From Macrostomum lignano (Eukaryota): a stretch of 64,000 bases of DNA. The position numbers and the translations under genes were made by a program. Where the stretch lies: assembly GCA_002269645.1 (NCBI GenBank), contig NIVC01000622.1, forward strand, positions 251,424 to 315,423, written 5' to 3'. The notes under the pieces are model-generated. The model ran no database searches, was not told the origin of the DNA, and worked only from the letters and a program-made list of their open reading frames with translations. Below, in pieces: positions 39,411 to 53,296 of the stretch (positions are counted from its first letter, which is position 1; each line of letters begins with the position of its first letter).

Positions 39411-40981
39411 AATAGGTTATGTTCATGTTACTGTGGCTTTTCCTCTTTGCGCCTACCAAAACTGAGCACAAAACTGAAAAAAATGAAATGAAGGCAGTCA
39501 GACAGGTAAATATACTCATTCAACTTGGTCCATCTAGGCTCCATTTTTTTATCACTAAATATTACATTACCTATAGTAGTCTAAACAAGAAATGGTTTTC
39601 TAAAAATATTTTACTACTCCACAGACCAGGGAGTTCTTCCATTGACTTGGCTATTTATCTGTAGCTGCAGTCTATCGAGTCAAGTAAGTGAATCGATTGA
39701 GGCGGCAATCAATGAAATGGGATTTTCTCTTTTTTCCAATTTCAAATTTCAAGGTCTTCCCACTTTCAGCTCAGCTCCTGACGTCTGTCTCTGAGACAGC
39801 AAAAACCTCTGAACTTCGGTGACTGTCGTGCGAGACAGGTTGGTCGTGCGATTCACACCAACGATAGGAAGGTCGGGGCCGCTTGTACACCTTGTGTGAG
39901 CGTGTGTATGAGTGCGTGTCTGCGCACAGCATTGATGCGCTTGCATTGTGCTCAGGAGACAGCGGAATGAGCAGAATTGTCGTCAGAGCAGCTTGCGGGA
40001 CAATGTCTCCGAAGGCGCTGCGCCAGAATGTCCACGGCTATCCTGCAAATGTTTTTTAGCTGCAGCTTGCTTCGAGAAACAGAATTTTCGAGCTACTCTT
40101 TGACAACCTATTTAAACAAAGGTTAGTTGACAAACTGCAAAGAGGTGATGCTTTTGATGCTTAAGTCTCACGATCTTAAGAAGGCTGCTCACTGCTGATT
40201 ACACTCCGGAAACTGATTGACAGCAGAAAACTCTAAAGCACTACTTCACAATTCAAAGCAATTCTCAATTCCAGAGTCAAGTATCCATGTTACTAGATTA
40301 TTGTTATAAAATAATTCAATTGAGCATTTCTCAATTAATTCGAATTAAAAGCTGAATTGAGTGAAATCGATTACCTAACTGACGTTCGAATTTAACAGCA
40401 GTGAAATTCTTGTTTCCAGACATGGACTCCTAGATTCTCCTAGGTGCTTAAATATAGTCCTCCATATTCTAGGGCGCACTTGTTGAACCCGGCTCTCGGA
40501 GGAACAAAAAATTCCTAGTAAAATTAAATAGGCCGGTGTTTCGTCTGTCAGGCTGGAAGAAAAACAACCACCGGGGCCAGGGACCAACACACTAATTAAC
40601 TGGAATTGACCTCTACTTACACCCCTAAGCATATCTTATGCAGTTAGCAAATTGGTCAATATTTAATTTTTGAAAAATCCCAACGTAGATGGGCACAGGC
40701 AAACAAAACAGCACGCTGGAAAGTCCACCGGTTAATTAATTAACAATTACTTTAAGTAAAATATGCAGAAACTGACTTTGTAGAAGCTTTGGATCCAACA
40801 AACGCCGTTTTACTTAAATATGCACTGATCAAACAGAGAACGCCAAAAAGCATTTTCCACCTGACTCTTGTCGAGTGGTGTGTTTCCGTATTGGTTGGTG
40901 AAAAGCTCAATCAAGCTGAAAGCTACTCGTGGCGCTTTGGAATGTTAGATTGATCGAAAACGAGACTGTTTCAAAGCGAGC

Positions 40982-41710
40982 TCAGCCGCGCTCAAAGAAG
41001 TCTCCATCGGTGCTGCTCAGGCTGGCAGGTGGGTAGGCGAACCTCAGCAGGTGGCACAGGCGCTGCTGGCCAGAGAAAATCACAGCCTGGCAGGCAGCTG
41101 AGGCCTCGCACAGCCCCATGCACTCGACGTCGGTTCGGGCGCCGCTGGTCCAGTAGGTGCTCTGGGTGGACTCCACCGTCTGGTTGGGTCTTTGCGACGG
41201 CACAAAATACTTACTATCTACAAAATTTACATAAAATTTTACAAAATTAACCGAACTCAGGATTGAAAGTCAAATAAAATGATTATAATAATTACAGGAC
41301 AGACTCAAAAACTCACTCGGATAGGTCAAAGCAAACACGGAGTTGCGCCACGTGCCTCCGCATTTAGGAGCTCCGTTCCCAGCGCAGACACGGTTGCAGT
41401 CGGTCCCGCTAGCAGCTCCCAGAGATCCGTAGGAGGTGCCGCAGAAGCACTCTCTACCGATTTGCACACCGAAGTACGGGAAGCCGCCCAGAGAGCAGAG
41501 GCTGCTGCAGAGCTCGTGCGTCATATTAGCACTGCTCAGCATGAGGCGGCCGGTGTTGAAATGCCCGATTCTGCTTACTCCGGTGAGTCCTCTCAGGTCT
41601 CGGCCTCCGTTGTCCACAAAGCAGCCAATGTAGGACACCTGAGCTACCCTACGGGCAGCACAAAGCACTGGGACGGCGAGACCCACAATGCAGACGATTG
41701 TCTTGAGCAT
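40982..41710 (-). CDS. Secreted WSC + PAN/apple-like protein, copy 3 (exons 41710-41317 and 41217-40982; 209 aa)
   Basis: Signal peptide MLKTIVCIVGLAVPVLCAA; WSC domain; exon 2 ECMGLCEASAACQAVIFSGQQRLCHLL; phase-1 intron. Confidence 0.87.
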
Positions 41711-41726
41711 AGTTACTTGGGTAGAT

Positions 41727-42341
41727 CACAGATACTAGAATAACTAGATGTGTCACTCGCAAAAAATGCGTTTCTCTACTTTTTTTTCAGTAGCAAAATT
41801 AGCGTTTTTTGCCTTTATAAAAGTGAAATTAAAATTTATCTACTTCTGAACGAAATTTAAAGTTTTTAAAGCTGCAAAATTTGTCTGTGCCTGATTCTAC
41901 AAGCAGGCTAATTAAATAAGCATGTCTGCTGAGTTTTACCGGTTCAAAAATAAACGAATTTAAGACTTAAGACTGTAGAAAACTACAAAAATGTAAAATT
42001 CCCAAATTCAGTGCTTGGCATAGAGAGCAACAGAGAATAGTGCTGGCGCCCAGACATCTCTACTGCTCTCTCATTGGCTGAGCTAGATTGGGCCTGCCCC
42101 CCCCCCTAGGCTGAGTTTCGTCCGTCTTGCGTTCATTTGTGTACATTGAGTTAGCAAATGCTTGTTGATTCTTAACCCCATATGCTCTTGAGGCCGCAAG
42201 CCCTGAGGAAGAAAAGGAATTTTACCTTCTACATCAAATTTAAATTACATTAGCGCAGACAACTACTGAAAAAAGAGTAGAGGCTCTACTTTTTCACAAT
42301 TTTAATTGCGAGTGACATATCTAGTTATTCTAGTATCTGTG
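41727..42341. mobile_element. MITE with an 8-bp TSD and CANRG termini (P-element-like; hAT not excluded)
   Basis: About 36-bp TIR CACAGATACTAGAATAACTAGATRTGTCACTCGCAA; TSD GGGTAGAT at 41719-41726 and 42342-42349. Confidence 0.88.
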
Positions 42342-42649
42342 GGGTAGATGGGATTTCAGTTCTCCTGTTGCTCATAGGAGTGTAGGAAGAGATGAAAACT
42401 GCAGTACTTGCTTTTATACCGATTTTAAAAAATGATCTGGTTTGATAAAAACCAGTGCACTAATGAGCGCAATGCATTAGTTCCAGTAGCTTATGTAGCT
42501 TCTAAGAGTAATTTTAACTTCACTTGATGATATTTTCTGAGCAGCCCGCAGCTCTCCAGACTCTAATTTAGATGCCAGCAAATAAAAAACAATTCTCATT
42601 TAATTTTTGCTTACTCGAAATGCTTATTCAAGAAACCAACTCCCACTGT

Positions 42650-43050
42650 AAAGACCCTGTTGCTAAAGACCCTGGCGCTAAAGCCCCTGTTGCTAAAGAC
42701 CCTGGCGCTAAAGCCCCTGGTACTAAAGATCCTGGCGCTAAAGCCCCTGTTTCTAAAGACCCTGGCGCTAAAGCCCCTGTTGCTAAAGACCCTGGCGCTA
42801 AAGCCCCGTTGATAAAGATCCTGGCGCTAAAGCCCCTGTTGCTAAAGACTCTGGCGCTAAAGCCCCTGTATCTAAAGACCCTGGCGCTAAAGCCCCTGTT
42901 GCTAAGGCCCCTGGCGCTAAAGCCCCTGTTGCTAAGGTCCCTGGCGCTAAAGCCCCTGTTGCTAAGGTCCCTGGCGCTAAAGCCCCTGTTGCTAAGGTCC
43001 CTGGCGCTAAAGCCCCTGTTGCTAAAGACCTTGGTGCTAAAGCCCCTGTT
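42650..43050. repeat. 30-bp minisatellite (ctgttgctaaagaccctggcgctaaagccc)
   Basis: Direct inspection. Confidence 0.93.
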
Positions 43051-44719
43051 GCAGAGGCATTTTTGAATTAATCCAATAATTTTTCGATCGGGTATACGCC
43101 AGAAGTTCGGCTCTGCTCACGGTACGGGCAAGTTACTAAGCAAACATAATTTACGTAAGGTTCTAGTTGTCCACGGGCTTGGCTATCTTGAAAAGAAAAG
43201 AGTCGAAGGTCAGCGGCGGAATGAACACCCAGTCAGGGAGATAGATATATTTACGTCAATTCAAACCTAATTACGTTGATTGATTGATTGATTGATTGAT
43301 TGAAAACAAAGGCCGGGTAAAAAAGTATCTTAGCTTACTATGGTGCAAGTCAACCACTTTGTACTGAGTACTGTCAATACGACTTCAATTCCGGATCACC
43401 AACTGAACATAATGCATAGCTCGTAGGCTACCATTTTCTTGATTTTTTCAAGCGCAAGTCAGGGGCAGCCAGTAATAACGATAGAAAGTTAGAGTGCTAC
43501 TTTACGCTAACAAAACCACGGCAGGACGAAGAGAGCATAGGGAGGATTACGCCACTTGTAGCCCGTCAGAGGGTAATAACAGAGGAGAAAACAAAAATGA
43601 CTTCAGACGATATCGAGACACGTTCCAGTCTCAACGCCAGCCAAAACCGACTCACAACTTATGCAACTGACCAGTTAAGTATGTAGAAAAATGATAGAGC
43701 TGCCTAAAAGGCACTAGATTAGTCAGAATGCTATCTACTAAGATTTTCATATTTAGCCAATACATTGAATCATGTCTTAGATTTCTCAAGCAAAAAAGGT
43801 TGAGAAATCTTTTTTTGAGGTTGAGAAATCTTTCTTCAAAGACATCTGTCTGTGATGCGTTCCTTACTACCAAGACTTTCTCAGTAATCAAGGAACAATC
43901 ACTTCTAGCTACTTGCTAGGCAACCCAGTTATCAATTAAAGGTACTTCTTACCTTGACGTCGTTTGGAGATATCTCTTCTGTAGACTTCGAGTAGAACTC
44001 GCGTGGATCTCTTTGTGATCTCGTAGATCAGGCGCCTTGATTCTTCAGTTGCTCTGGTCCTGGTTCTTCTTGTACTTCCGATGAGGTTCCTTCCGGCCGG
44101 TGTCTTCAGTCAGGACCAATCAGAGGCCTCGTATCAAACAATAATGGGTACCCTGCGCCGAACAGCGGTTTCTCGTTAGCCTTCTCCTTCTAGCAGTGCC
44201 TCTATGCACTCTAGGTAATGCTCCGGTTATCTCTAATAGATCCTCTAAGATCTATTAGGGTAGTCCTTCGGGTGACTACTGCCAATGGAGTCTCAATGGA
44301 CTCAAGAGTCTCAACAGACTCAACTAGACTCAAGAGTCTCAACAGACTCAACTAGACTCAAGTCACACTAGACTTGAGCGAGACGTCTCAAACACAGGCG
44401 CAAATGAGAAAGGCTTACCGCAACAACTCGACCGAGTCTCCATTGACTTGGTAACCAGGAAGTCTTGCTAAGGGCTTCCTCTTCGGAGCGCTCCTCTTCC
44501 GTGGGGAGAATGACTCCGGTACCGCTTTGGACCGCTTGTATTTATAGACGATTTTGTGGGCCAAAAATAGTAACATGACTCATGTGTTGCGCTAGAAATA
44601 GTAACATGATTCATCTGCTAAAAATAGTAACATGAATCATCCTTAAGTTTAGGTGCGCATGCGTGCACTTACTTACTTATAGTAGCATTCTACGATTCTC
44701 AATTTACTTCTTTGCGGGA

Positions 44720-44908
44720 GGTAGAACACTCTACATCTGGCCCGCCGCTGCCCAGTCTGACGCCGACTGCCTGCTCCGGTGCAGCGCCAGAGCCGACTGC
44801 TGGGCCGTCGTTTTCTCCAAGCGGCTGCTCGTCTGCTACCTGCTGGCGTTCGCCTACCCGCCAGCCAGCCTGACCGGACCCGACAGGACTCTCTACCAGC
44901 GTGGCTAA
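44720..44908 (+). pseudogene. Orphan, inverted, 5'-truncated PAN exon of the WSC-PAN family
   Basis: IWPAAAQSDADCLLRCSARADCWAVVFSKRLLVCYLLAFAYPPASLTGPDRTLYQRG-stop; no WSC exon upstream on the + strand. Confidence 0.8.
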
Positions 44909-46035
44909 ACGCGGGACACTGCATGGAAACTGGATGGCAACAGATGATGCAAGTACTGTCAATCCTTGAAAAATTGAATTCTGGAAAATTTTCCATGGTA
45001 TCCGAGCCCCAAGACACAGATAGTGTTACACATACACGCTTGGCACTGAGAAAGTCCGGGCCGCTGTACACTCTGCATGCGTGAGCGTTTTATGAGCATA
45101 TCGGCAAAATGGCGTAACTTTTACGGGTCAGCTGTTGAATTGACTTGCGGCAGTGCCCCAAGACCCCTACAAAACAGGCAATCGAGAAATTTTAGACATT
45201 GCCTATTAGACGGAGGCCAAATGAGAACAACCCCAATGGCTGTCAGTGTATTGTTTCGCTTTACCTAACATGGGCAGAGACTTACTTTGTAAAGATTTGC
45301 CACTGGTAAACAGAATTGGCCTGTGGCAAACAGCAAACTCCCAGTGTAGGGTGTATCCTAATTTCCGTTCCACCATCTTTAATTGAAGTTAAAAAGTCAC
45401 GTTTCACATTTTGGTTTTAAACTTCCTCCCAACCCAAGACTAACAAAACCGGAACGATATTTATGCCTCTGACTTAAGTCAGCTTTCAAGGAAAGAACTG
45501 TATTTCAGAAATTAGCTAAACCTACAATGACAGATGCCTACTTACATATATTGAGTGATGAAGACGCGAAGAAAAAGTTTTATAGTTAACCAAATTTACA
45601 TCGCAGTAAGGGAGAAATCAGCTTCCTGAAGAAAAATTTCACTGTTCCTAGCTAAAAACGCACTGACAATGGCAGTGACAATGGCCCAGACCAACTTCGA
45701 AAAAAATAGAAAGTCCGCCATGGTTTCCGCTTCTTTCATAACTTTCGCGGATCCTGAAACGGGATAGGTTCTATCTACCTATTGACAATTCTTTTCTGTA
45801 GGGCGAAACCCCTTCTCTTTCATCCAGAAGTAAGGCAGGAGTTCACACTACTGAGTATAGCGTGAGAACTCTTCTGAATTTCTTCGATTGTTAATCGATT
45901 CCAGCTTCAAATTCAATGCGTAGAAACGTGCTACGAGCTAATTTTGTTTCTCTGCAATCTTTCTGCAATTTTTAGTTTGCTGATTAAAAAAATCCGGGCA
46001 AAACGTTTGACTTAGAGTATGGCTGTAAGCTAAGC

Positions 46036-46205
46036 GCTAAGCCACGCACGAACAGGGTGTTCTCAGTCCGGTCGGGTAGGCGAACGCCAGCAGGTGGCAG
46101 GTGAGCAGCCGCTTGGAGAAAACGGTGGCCTGGCAGTCGGCTCTGGCGCTGTACTTTTCCGCCGACTGGAACGTGAATTCAGAAGTCGACGACTAACGCA
46201 CCTGG
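46036..46205 (-). pseudogene. Orphan PAN exon with internal deletions
   Basis: Translates as ...SARADCQATVFSKRLLTCHLLAFAYP; the first two Cys are missing, the 3' end is shifted, and no WSC exon was found before the next gene. Confidence 0.75.
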
Positions 46206-46799
46206 AAGACAAAAGACTTTTTTTACCACCTGTCTAGATGTTCTTAGCCAAACTTGTGTAAAGACGCAGCGAATGTGCGCCGTGCAAGTGGGATTTCAAC
46301 CTACTATATACGCCCATATACAACAAAAGCAAAATATTAGATCAAACCAACTAAAATCGATCACTGGTTCCAGGTCTAGCAATCGCAGTTTTTCCGGTAA
46401 AACTTGCTTCCAATGCAATAAAGCCATCATGATTTGGAAATTTAGCATAATCCTACTTAAGTACTGCATGGGGAAACGCAGAAATATTTTGAAACTCTGC
46501 TAATTATGATATTTGAATAACCCAGGAGAATTCTACATTTCAGTAAAGTGATAGCTGCATGGTGTGTATTATTTTAGCAACGCTTAGGAAATATGCGTAA
46601 CATGTTTCAACATGCGTAAAACCATTTAAATCCAATACAAAATTCATCAAACCATGATTTTGCTTAGCTAATTCTAGTCTCTGTTTACAAAGGATGCGCG
46701 AATGTAACAGTGCAGATAAAAAATCTGCTAGTGAAGCGTGTCGAAAGAGAGCAGATAAGAAGACACAATATAGCATAGTATAATATAATGCAGCATAGT

Positions 46800-47684
<885 letters not shown>

Positions 47685-48222
47685 TTCCTGCTGAGTTGAA
47701 CTCTGCGAGAGCTCGTTTGGAGCTCGATTTTTCCGATCGCTGACTTTCCATAGTTATTTTTTTCATTGCCAACAATTTGTTTTTCACTTTTTGGAAACCA
47801 CGGCAACATTCCTTGTTTTTCTCCGTTTTTTATCACAATCCCCAAAAGCAGAAAAAATGCTTCAACATGCAGTTCTGTTAAAATTTTCTACACAATTAAA
47901 CCAATCCAATGGGAATTGTCTTCCGCTGTTTTGGGAAACTTGCTGTATTGATGATTCCAATCCCGGATGAAAAAAGTTTATCGAAATCGAAATTTCCAAA
48001 TCATTAAACTGCATCATTGAAATGTTAGCTATAGTATTTTTTTGGGGTCTCTGACGACTTCCTTTTGTTTCAGTCATGTAGTTTTTATTCTTTCAGTGTT
48101 TTAGCTAGCTCTGCCGATGATAGAAGAATGGACCCCACTTAAATAATGTTCACACTCGTTACAACTCGTTGCAAAAGTTATCGATTTTAAGTTTCCAGTT
48201 TTGTTTCAACAGGTTTCCGCGC

Positions 48223-48973
48223 TCAGCCACGCACGTAGAGAGTCCAGTCGGGTCCGGTCAGGCTGGTTGGCGGGTAGGCGAACGCCAGCAGGTGGCAGTT
48301 GACCAGTCGCTTTGAGAAGACAGCGGCTTGGCAGTCGTCTCTGGTGCTGCACTTGGCCGCGCAACGAAGAGCCGAGTTGGCAGCAACCGGCCAATGCACA
48401 GTCAGATCGCACTTCACCGGTTGATTGGACTGGTCAATCATCATATAGGTGTTCTTCGAAGCTTTTTGGTGAAGAGTATGTCGATTTTTATTGTTACATG
48501 TAAGTACATAAGTCAATACCTTAATTGAGCATATAGTAGATTCAGCACATACCGAGGTAGGTCAGAGCATAAACCGAGTTTCTGTTGCTGCCTCCGCAAA
48601 TCTTCGTAGCGTCACCTGCGCATGGCTTGTTGCAGTTGCTCTCAAGGTCCCTATCCAGCGATCCGTACGAGTTGCCGCAGTAGCAGTCGAAATTGTTCTG
48701 CACTCCCGAGTACCCAAAATTGACCAGAGCGCAGATGGCGCCGCATAGCTCTGGCGTCATCGCTGTGCCATCAGTTACGCGCGTGTTGGAGACGCTGTAG
48801 GGCCCGATCTGGCTAAAGCCGCTCAGCCCGTCCAAATCAATATCGTCATCGTCATCGTCGTCGTTGTAGCAACCCAGGTAGGTGAGGCGAGCAAACTTTC
48901 CAGCCACGCATGTCAAGAGAGCGCTAAGAAGCAGTGTCTGCAGGCGGATTCTGCAGCTCATTTTTGCACTCAT
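48223..48973 (-). CDS. Secreted WSC + PAN/apple-like protein, copy 4 (exons 48973-48553 and 48461-48223; 219 aa)
   Basis: Signal peptide ...IRLQTLLLSALLTCVAG; WSC domain with poly-Asp; exon 2 ALRCAAKCSTRDDCQAAVFSKRLVNCHLL; AAG acceptor inferred from phase. Confidence 0.83.
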
Positions 48974-49621
48974 GAAGCACTAGGCGGGTTTTTCAAGGCT
49001 TAAAATTGGAATGAAATTTGAAACCAAGTATTAGAATAAATTTAAACAATGTGCCTCATCCAATAGGATGAGGGAAATTCAAGGGCATTTCTTCCAAAAT
49101 GCTTCTATTGGACTTAAAACTGTGACACTTGAAACTGGTAGGAAATTATTTGCCAATAGAGTTACATTTTGAATGCTTTTCTGAGACTGTTTTTCACCTC
49201 TGTGTCAACTAAAAACCCAAAGGAAAGTTCTAGTTGATGATTATTAAGCTGAATTTTGAAAGTCGAAATTGAAAATCGTTTCAAAATTTTTTAGAGAGAT
49301 TCATCAATACCGAGAATCTACTAATCAGATAGAAACATCGATGCTAATATTAAAGTTTTTTGTTTTACAATGGCGCTTGTACTAACACAGACCATAGTGG
49401 CAGTGTTTGTCAGTCAAATGGGCGTGAGCCAGATTTGACAGTAATATTTTATTGCCTATGTAGCGACACAGGTGATATTTCAGTGCCATATTATTGCTGC
49501 ATGCGTGAATATTTTGAGGCAACATGGCATTACATTTTTCTCACCAAGAGAGGAGGAAGAGATGCTTTGCATCTGCCGACAAAATCTTCTTGACATTTCC
49601 TGTGGTAAAGTTGCGCGTCTG

Positions 49622-50016
49622 ACGAAAAGCAAAATTGAGAACGTGAGCGCTATCATTTTTGTTATGCGAAATGTTTCGCCTCGCGTCAGGCATCGTCAGG
49701 CTCTTAAAATTTTTGTTACGATGTATTTCTTTATTTACTTATATTAAGCAATTTAGACAAAAACGGGTCGATAAAAGTCAGAAAATGTATGTAAATTAAC
49801 AATGAGGGGGAGAGATGGAGAGAGAGAGAGAGATGAGCACAAGTGTACACCTAGAATACTCTAAGGAGGGCACTTTGTCTAAATTGCTAAATATATGTAA
49901 ATAAACAAATACATCGTAAATAAAATTTTAAGAGCCTGACGATGCCTGACGCGAGGCGAAACATGTCGCATAACAAAAAATGATAGCAGCGCTCACGTTC
50001 TTAATTTTGCTTTTCT
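49622..50016. mobile_element. MITE-like element with about 90-bp inverted termini
   Basis: AAAAGCAAAATTGAGAACGTGAGCGCT...GCGTCAGGCATCGTCAGGCTCTTAAAAT is mirrored at about 49925-50016; TSD not identified. Confidence 0.72.
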
Positions 50017-50184
50017 TGACATTTTGATAACACATGAGCAAAGTCTACGTCGTAGCTGCAATGACATCAATTTTCAAGTTTAAGTAAAACTCTGCCAAGT
50101 ACGAGCTCAAATGGTTAACCTCAGTTAATGTTCCGGAAACTGCACTGAGAACTGAACATTTTTGTTCAGAGAATGGAAGGCAGA

Positions 50185-50420
50185 GAAACTCAGCGGTAAA
50201 CGCTCCTGACTCTCGCGTCTTGACCCCTGATTCGATTCGATTCTTGGCTTGATTCGAGGCTTGCGCACAACGAAAATGGTCCATTGGGTTTGTCGTGCGA
50301 TTCATAATCATGATGGCCAACCCCCAAAACACGGAGAATGTACATGCCTGACGATTAGAAAGTCAGGACCGCTGTACACCCCCGTGTGAGCTTATGTATG
50401 AGTGCGAGCTCGCCTGTGTG
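50185..50420 (+). mobile_element. Diverged tRNA-derived SINE relative
   Basis: A-box-like AACTCAGCGG, B-box-like GATTCGATTC, and the shared core TGTACATGCCTGAC...GTCAGGACCGCTGTACAC. Confidence 0.5.
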
Positions 50421-52555
50421 CTCGTATTGGCAGCAGTATTGGTGTGCTTATATGTACTCAGGAGTCAGCGGACTGGGCAGAATCACCGTCAACGCTGGTT
50501 GTGGGAAGTTAGCACCACACGCACAGACAAAAGCACAGGCCAGCCCCCCCCCCCGGTACTAAAGCTGGGTTGCACATCGGCTTGCCTCGATGCCAATGTC
50601 TACGGCCCCATTGCAATTAGTATTATTATTCAAGAAATGAGCAACAAAATAACAGCATAATATTCAGGAGCAATACTTATAATATTCAGTATCATTAATT
50701 AATTATAGCTTAGTAGTATTCTCAAGTAGCATATGAGTAGCAGACTAAATTGCAGACTAATTTTAGGTAATTTTTCATATGACCACGAGGCTTTCCTATC
50801 CTACGAATTTGACGCCAAAACACTAAAGCTGTTAAATGCAAAGATTGGGTCTAAGCCAGATGAAATTTATCAAAGGATATTGTCACTCTTCATCAGCATA
50901 AAGCGTTTAGGCAATTTGTCTGGATAATGCCTAGTATTCATGTCGTGTCGTAGCAATAAGAAGGACTCTTTTCTATTTAAGAGAGCTCTTAGCTGAGCAT
51001 AGAATACGAGACTGCAACTGATAGCCAAACCGGCCTTTAAATTAACTTGAAAACGACCGACGGCAACATGCCGCCTACATTACGAGTACAGCGCGATCAA
51101 AATTTAAGCTTTAGCATATAGATAGAAAGATGCAACGTGCTGCGCGTGCACACTAAGTACATTGTTAATGAGTACACTAGATATTAAGTGCGCAGATACG
51201 CAAGGCGAGTCAGAGATAGTTGACGAGCCCCGGCAAGCGGCGCCACAATTCAGAAATACTTCCCGTACTATAATTCACCGGCATTCGTAGACCGAACAGT
51301 ATCATCCTAACTTAAAGTATGGATGCTAAGTGTTGCTAAATGAGGACCATTTATGGTCCGGGAGTGAAAAGTAGCTTTATGTACTCAGGCAGGTAAAGGG
51401 CCTATGAACTTAAGCAACAAATGAATGAAACACTCAACTAGTGACAAGTTTTCAGTGCGAACCACTTCAAATTTGACCCAGGACTACTCCGTTGGAGGTT
51501 AAAAGTCCGACTTAACCTCATCCGTGGGAACGGACTTCTGTGCGCAGAGCTGTGCTACACCTGATGCAGTGCAACTATCACGATCGAATCTGCTTCGTGC
51601 ACAAAAACGGGTTGGCATTAGTTGTGACTTGTACGTCGTCACATTTCAGCCAGTCTCCTCCCTGCAGCACGCAGCAGGTGTAGTAGCCGTGCGCGAGAGA
51701 GCTTCCGTGATGCGACAGTGTGGAAATGGGGTATTCGAGGCTGGACACGCTGCCAGCACAACTGCACCAGTTGATGCTACTGTAAAGCTTCTGGCCACGC
51801 TGTCCTGTTCAGTCGAAGTGAAGCAACGTCACTCGACCAGTGGACACCCGCACCTCCTTCACGCATTGCTCTGCACAGCTCGCAGTGCTACACGGCACTC
51901 GCTGTGGTGCTGTGGCCACTGTGTACAGGCCATCGAGACTGAGCGGCTGGCTGGTGAACTGGTGCAGCAGGATGGTGAGCACACGGCTGTCTGTGGATTC
52001 TGTGGTGGAATCCACAGCTGTGGCAGCCACTGCACGGGCGAAGTATCGAAAACTCAGTGAGGCAGCTGCCTTTGAGCGTGAGATGCGGAATGATGCACTC
52101 CAACAGCTCGTTCGTGCAGTGCTGCTACCTCGGCTGAAACTTCTGCAGGAACTGCAGCCTCACTGCTGCCAGGGCCAGTTGCCATGGCAGCCAGCAGACT
52201 GCGCAGCGAGTTGTCGATTTCACTGCCTCGCTAAATCCACTAAATCCAAAAAGCTTTCTACTGAAGTTAAACAACTAACTCCACAGTAAGTCAGTCCCCG
52301 GCTACCTGAAAAATTTTTTAACTTTGTTTAGAAAAAATGCACTGGCAATGCCTCTGTTTTTCACGAACACATTCACAGGAAATAGGAAACCAGGCATACG
52401 AATTCAGCTCGTATAAGTAAATTTTGGTGTTAAACTTCATTTTTCTATTATTTATTAAACGACCATCGCTACCAGCTTTTGAGTTAATCGATAAAAAAAA
52501 CTCCGGGAAAACGTTTGAGTTATAGCATGACCGTAAGCCTCTCGGAGTTGCGCGC

Positions 52556-53296
52556 TCAGCCACGCTGGTAGAGAGTCCAGTCGGGTCCGGTCAGGCTGGC
52601 TGGTGGGTAGGCGAACGCCAGCAGGTGGCAGGCGAGCAGCCGCTTGGAGAAAACGGCGGCCTGGCAGTCGGCTCTGGCGCTGCACTGAAGTAGGCAGTCC
52701 GCGTCAGACTGGGCAGCGGCCGGCCAGGCTGAAGTTGAGTCGGAAGTCACCGGAGTACTCGACTGCCGCACCACCGTGTAGGTGTTGTTGCCCAGACCTT
52801 TTAAAAAAAAATAAACTGTTTTGTCTCAGCTTTTATGCATTAATTCAGTGCATGTCACTGAATTCTATTAGGCTGAAAGGAGGTGCATACCGGTAAAAGT
52901 CAGAGCAAACACCGAGTTGCGATAACGTCCTCCGCACATCTTATTTGAGTTTCTAGGGCACTTCATGTTACAGTCGCTCTCGTTAGCCTTGCCGTACGAT
53001 CCGTAGGAGTTGCCGCAGAAGCACTGCTTGCTGTACTGCAGCCCGAAGTAGGCAAAGCCGCCAAGAGCGCAGATAGCGCTACAAAACTCGGGCGACATCT
53101 CTCTGTCATTCCACACGCACATGGGATCAGTAACGCTGAACTCTCCAATGCGGCTGGAGTTACTCAGCCCGTTTATGTCTCTGCTGGCACCCTCTACGTC
53201 TACATAGCAGCCCAGATAGGATAAGTGCAACAGCCTGCCAGCGGCGCAGGCCAGGGCGGCGCAGAGCAGAAGCGATAGGCGAATCGTGCGTTGCAT
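52556..53296 (-). CDS. Secreted WSC + PAN/apple-like protein, copy 5 (exons 53296-52891 and 52797-52556; 215 aa)
   Basis: Signal peptide MQRTIRLSLLLCAALACAAG; WSC domain; PAN exon nearly identical to copies 1 and 6; phase-1 intron. Confidence 0.87.

Noticed and set aside
43557-44575. Possible solo LTR (TG...CA ends, TATAAATA on the minus strand)
   Set aside because: The flanks do not give a matching 4-6 bp TSD and there is no PBS, PPT or second copy in the window.
50345-50375. CTGACGA-TTA-GAAA hammerhead-like motif
   Set aside because: It lacks the U-H cleavage triplet after stem III, and the same bases form the SINE core hairpin in other copies, where the motif is not conserved.
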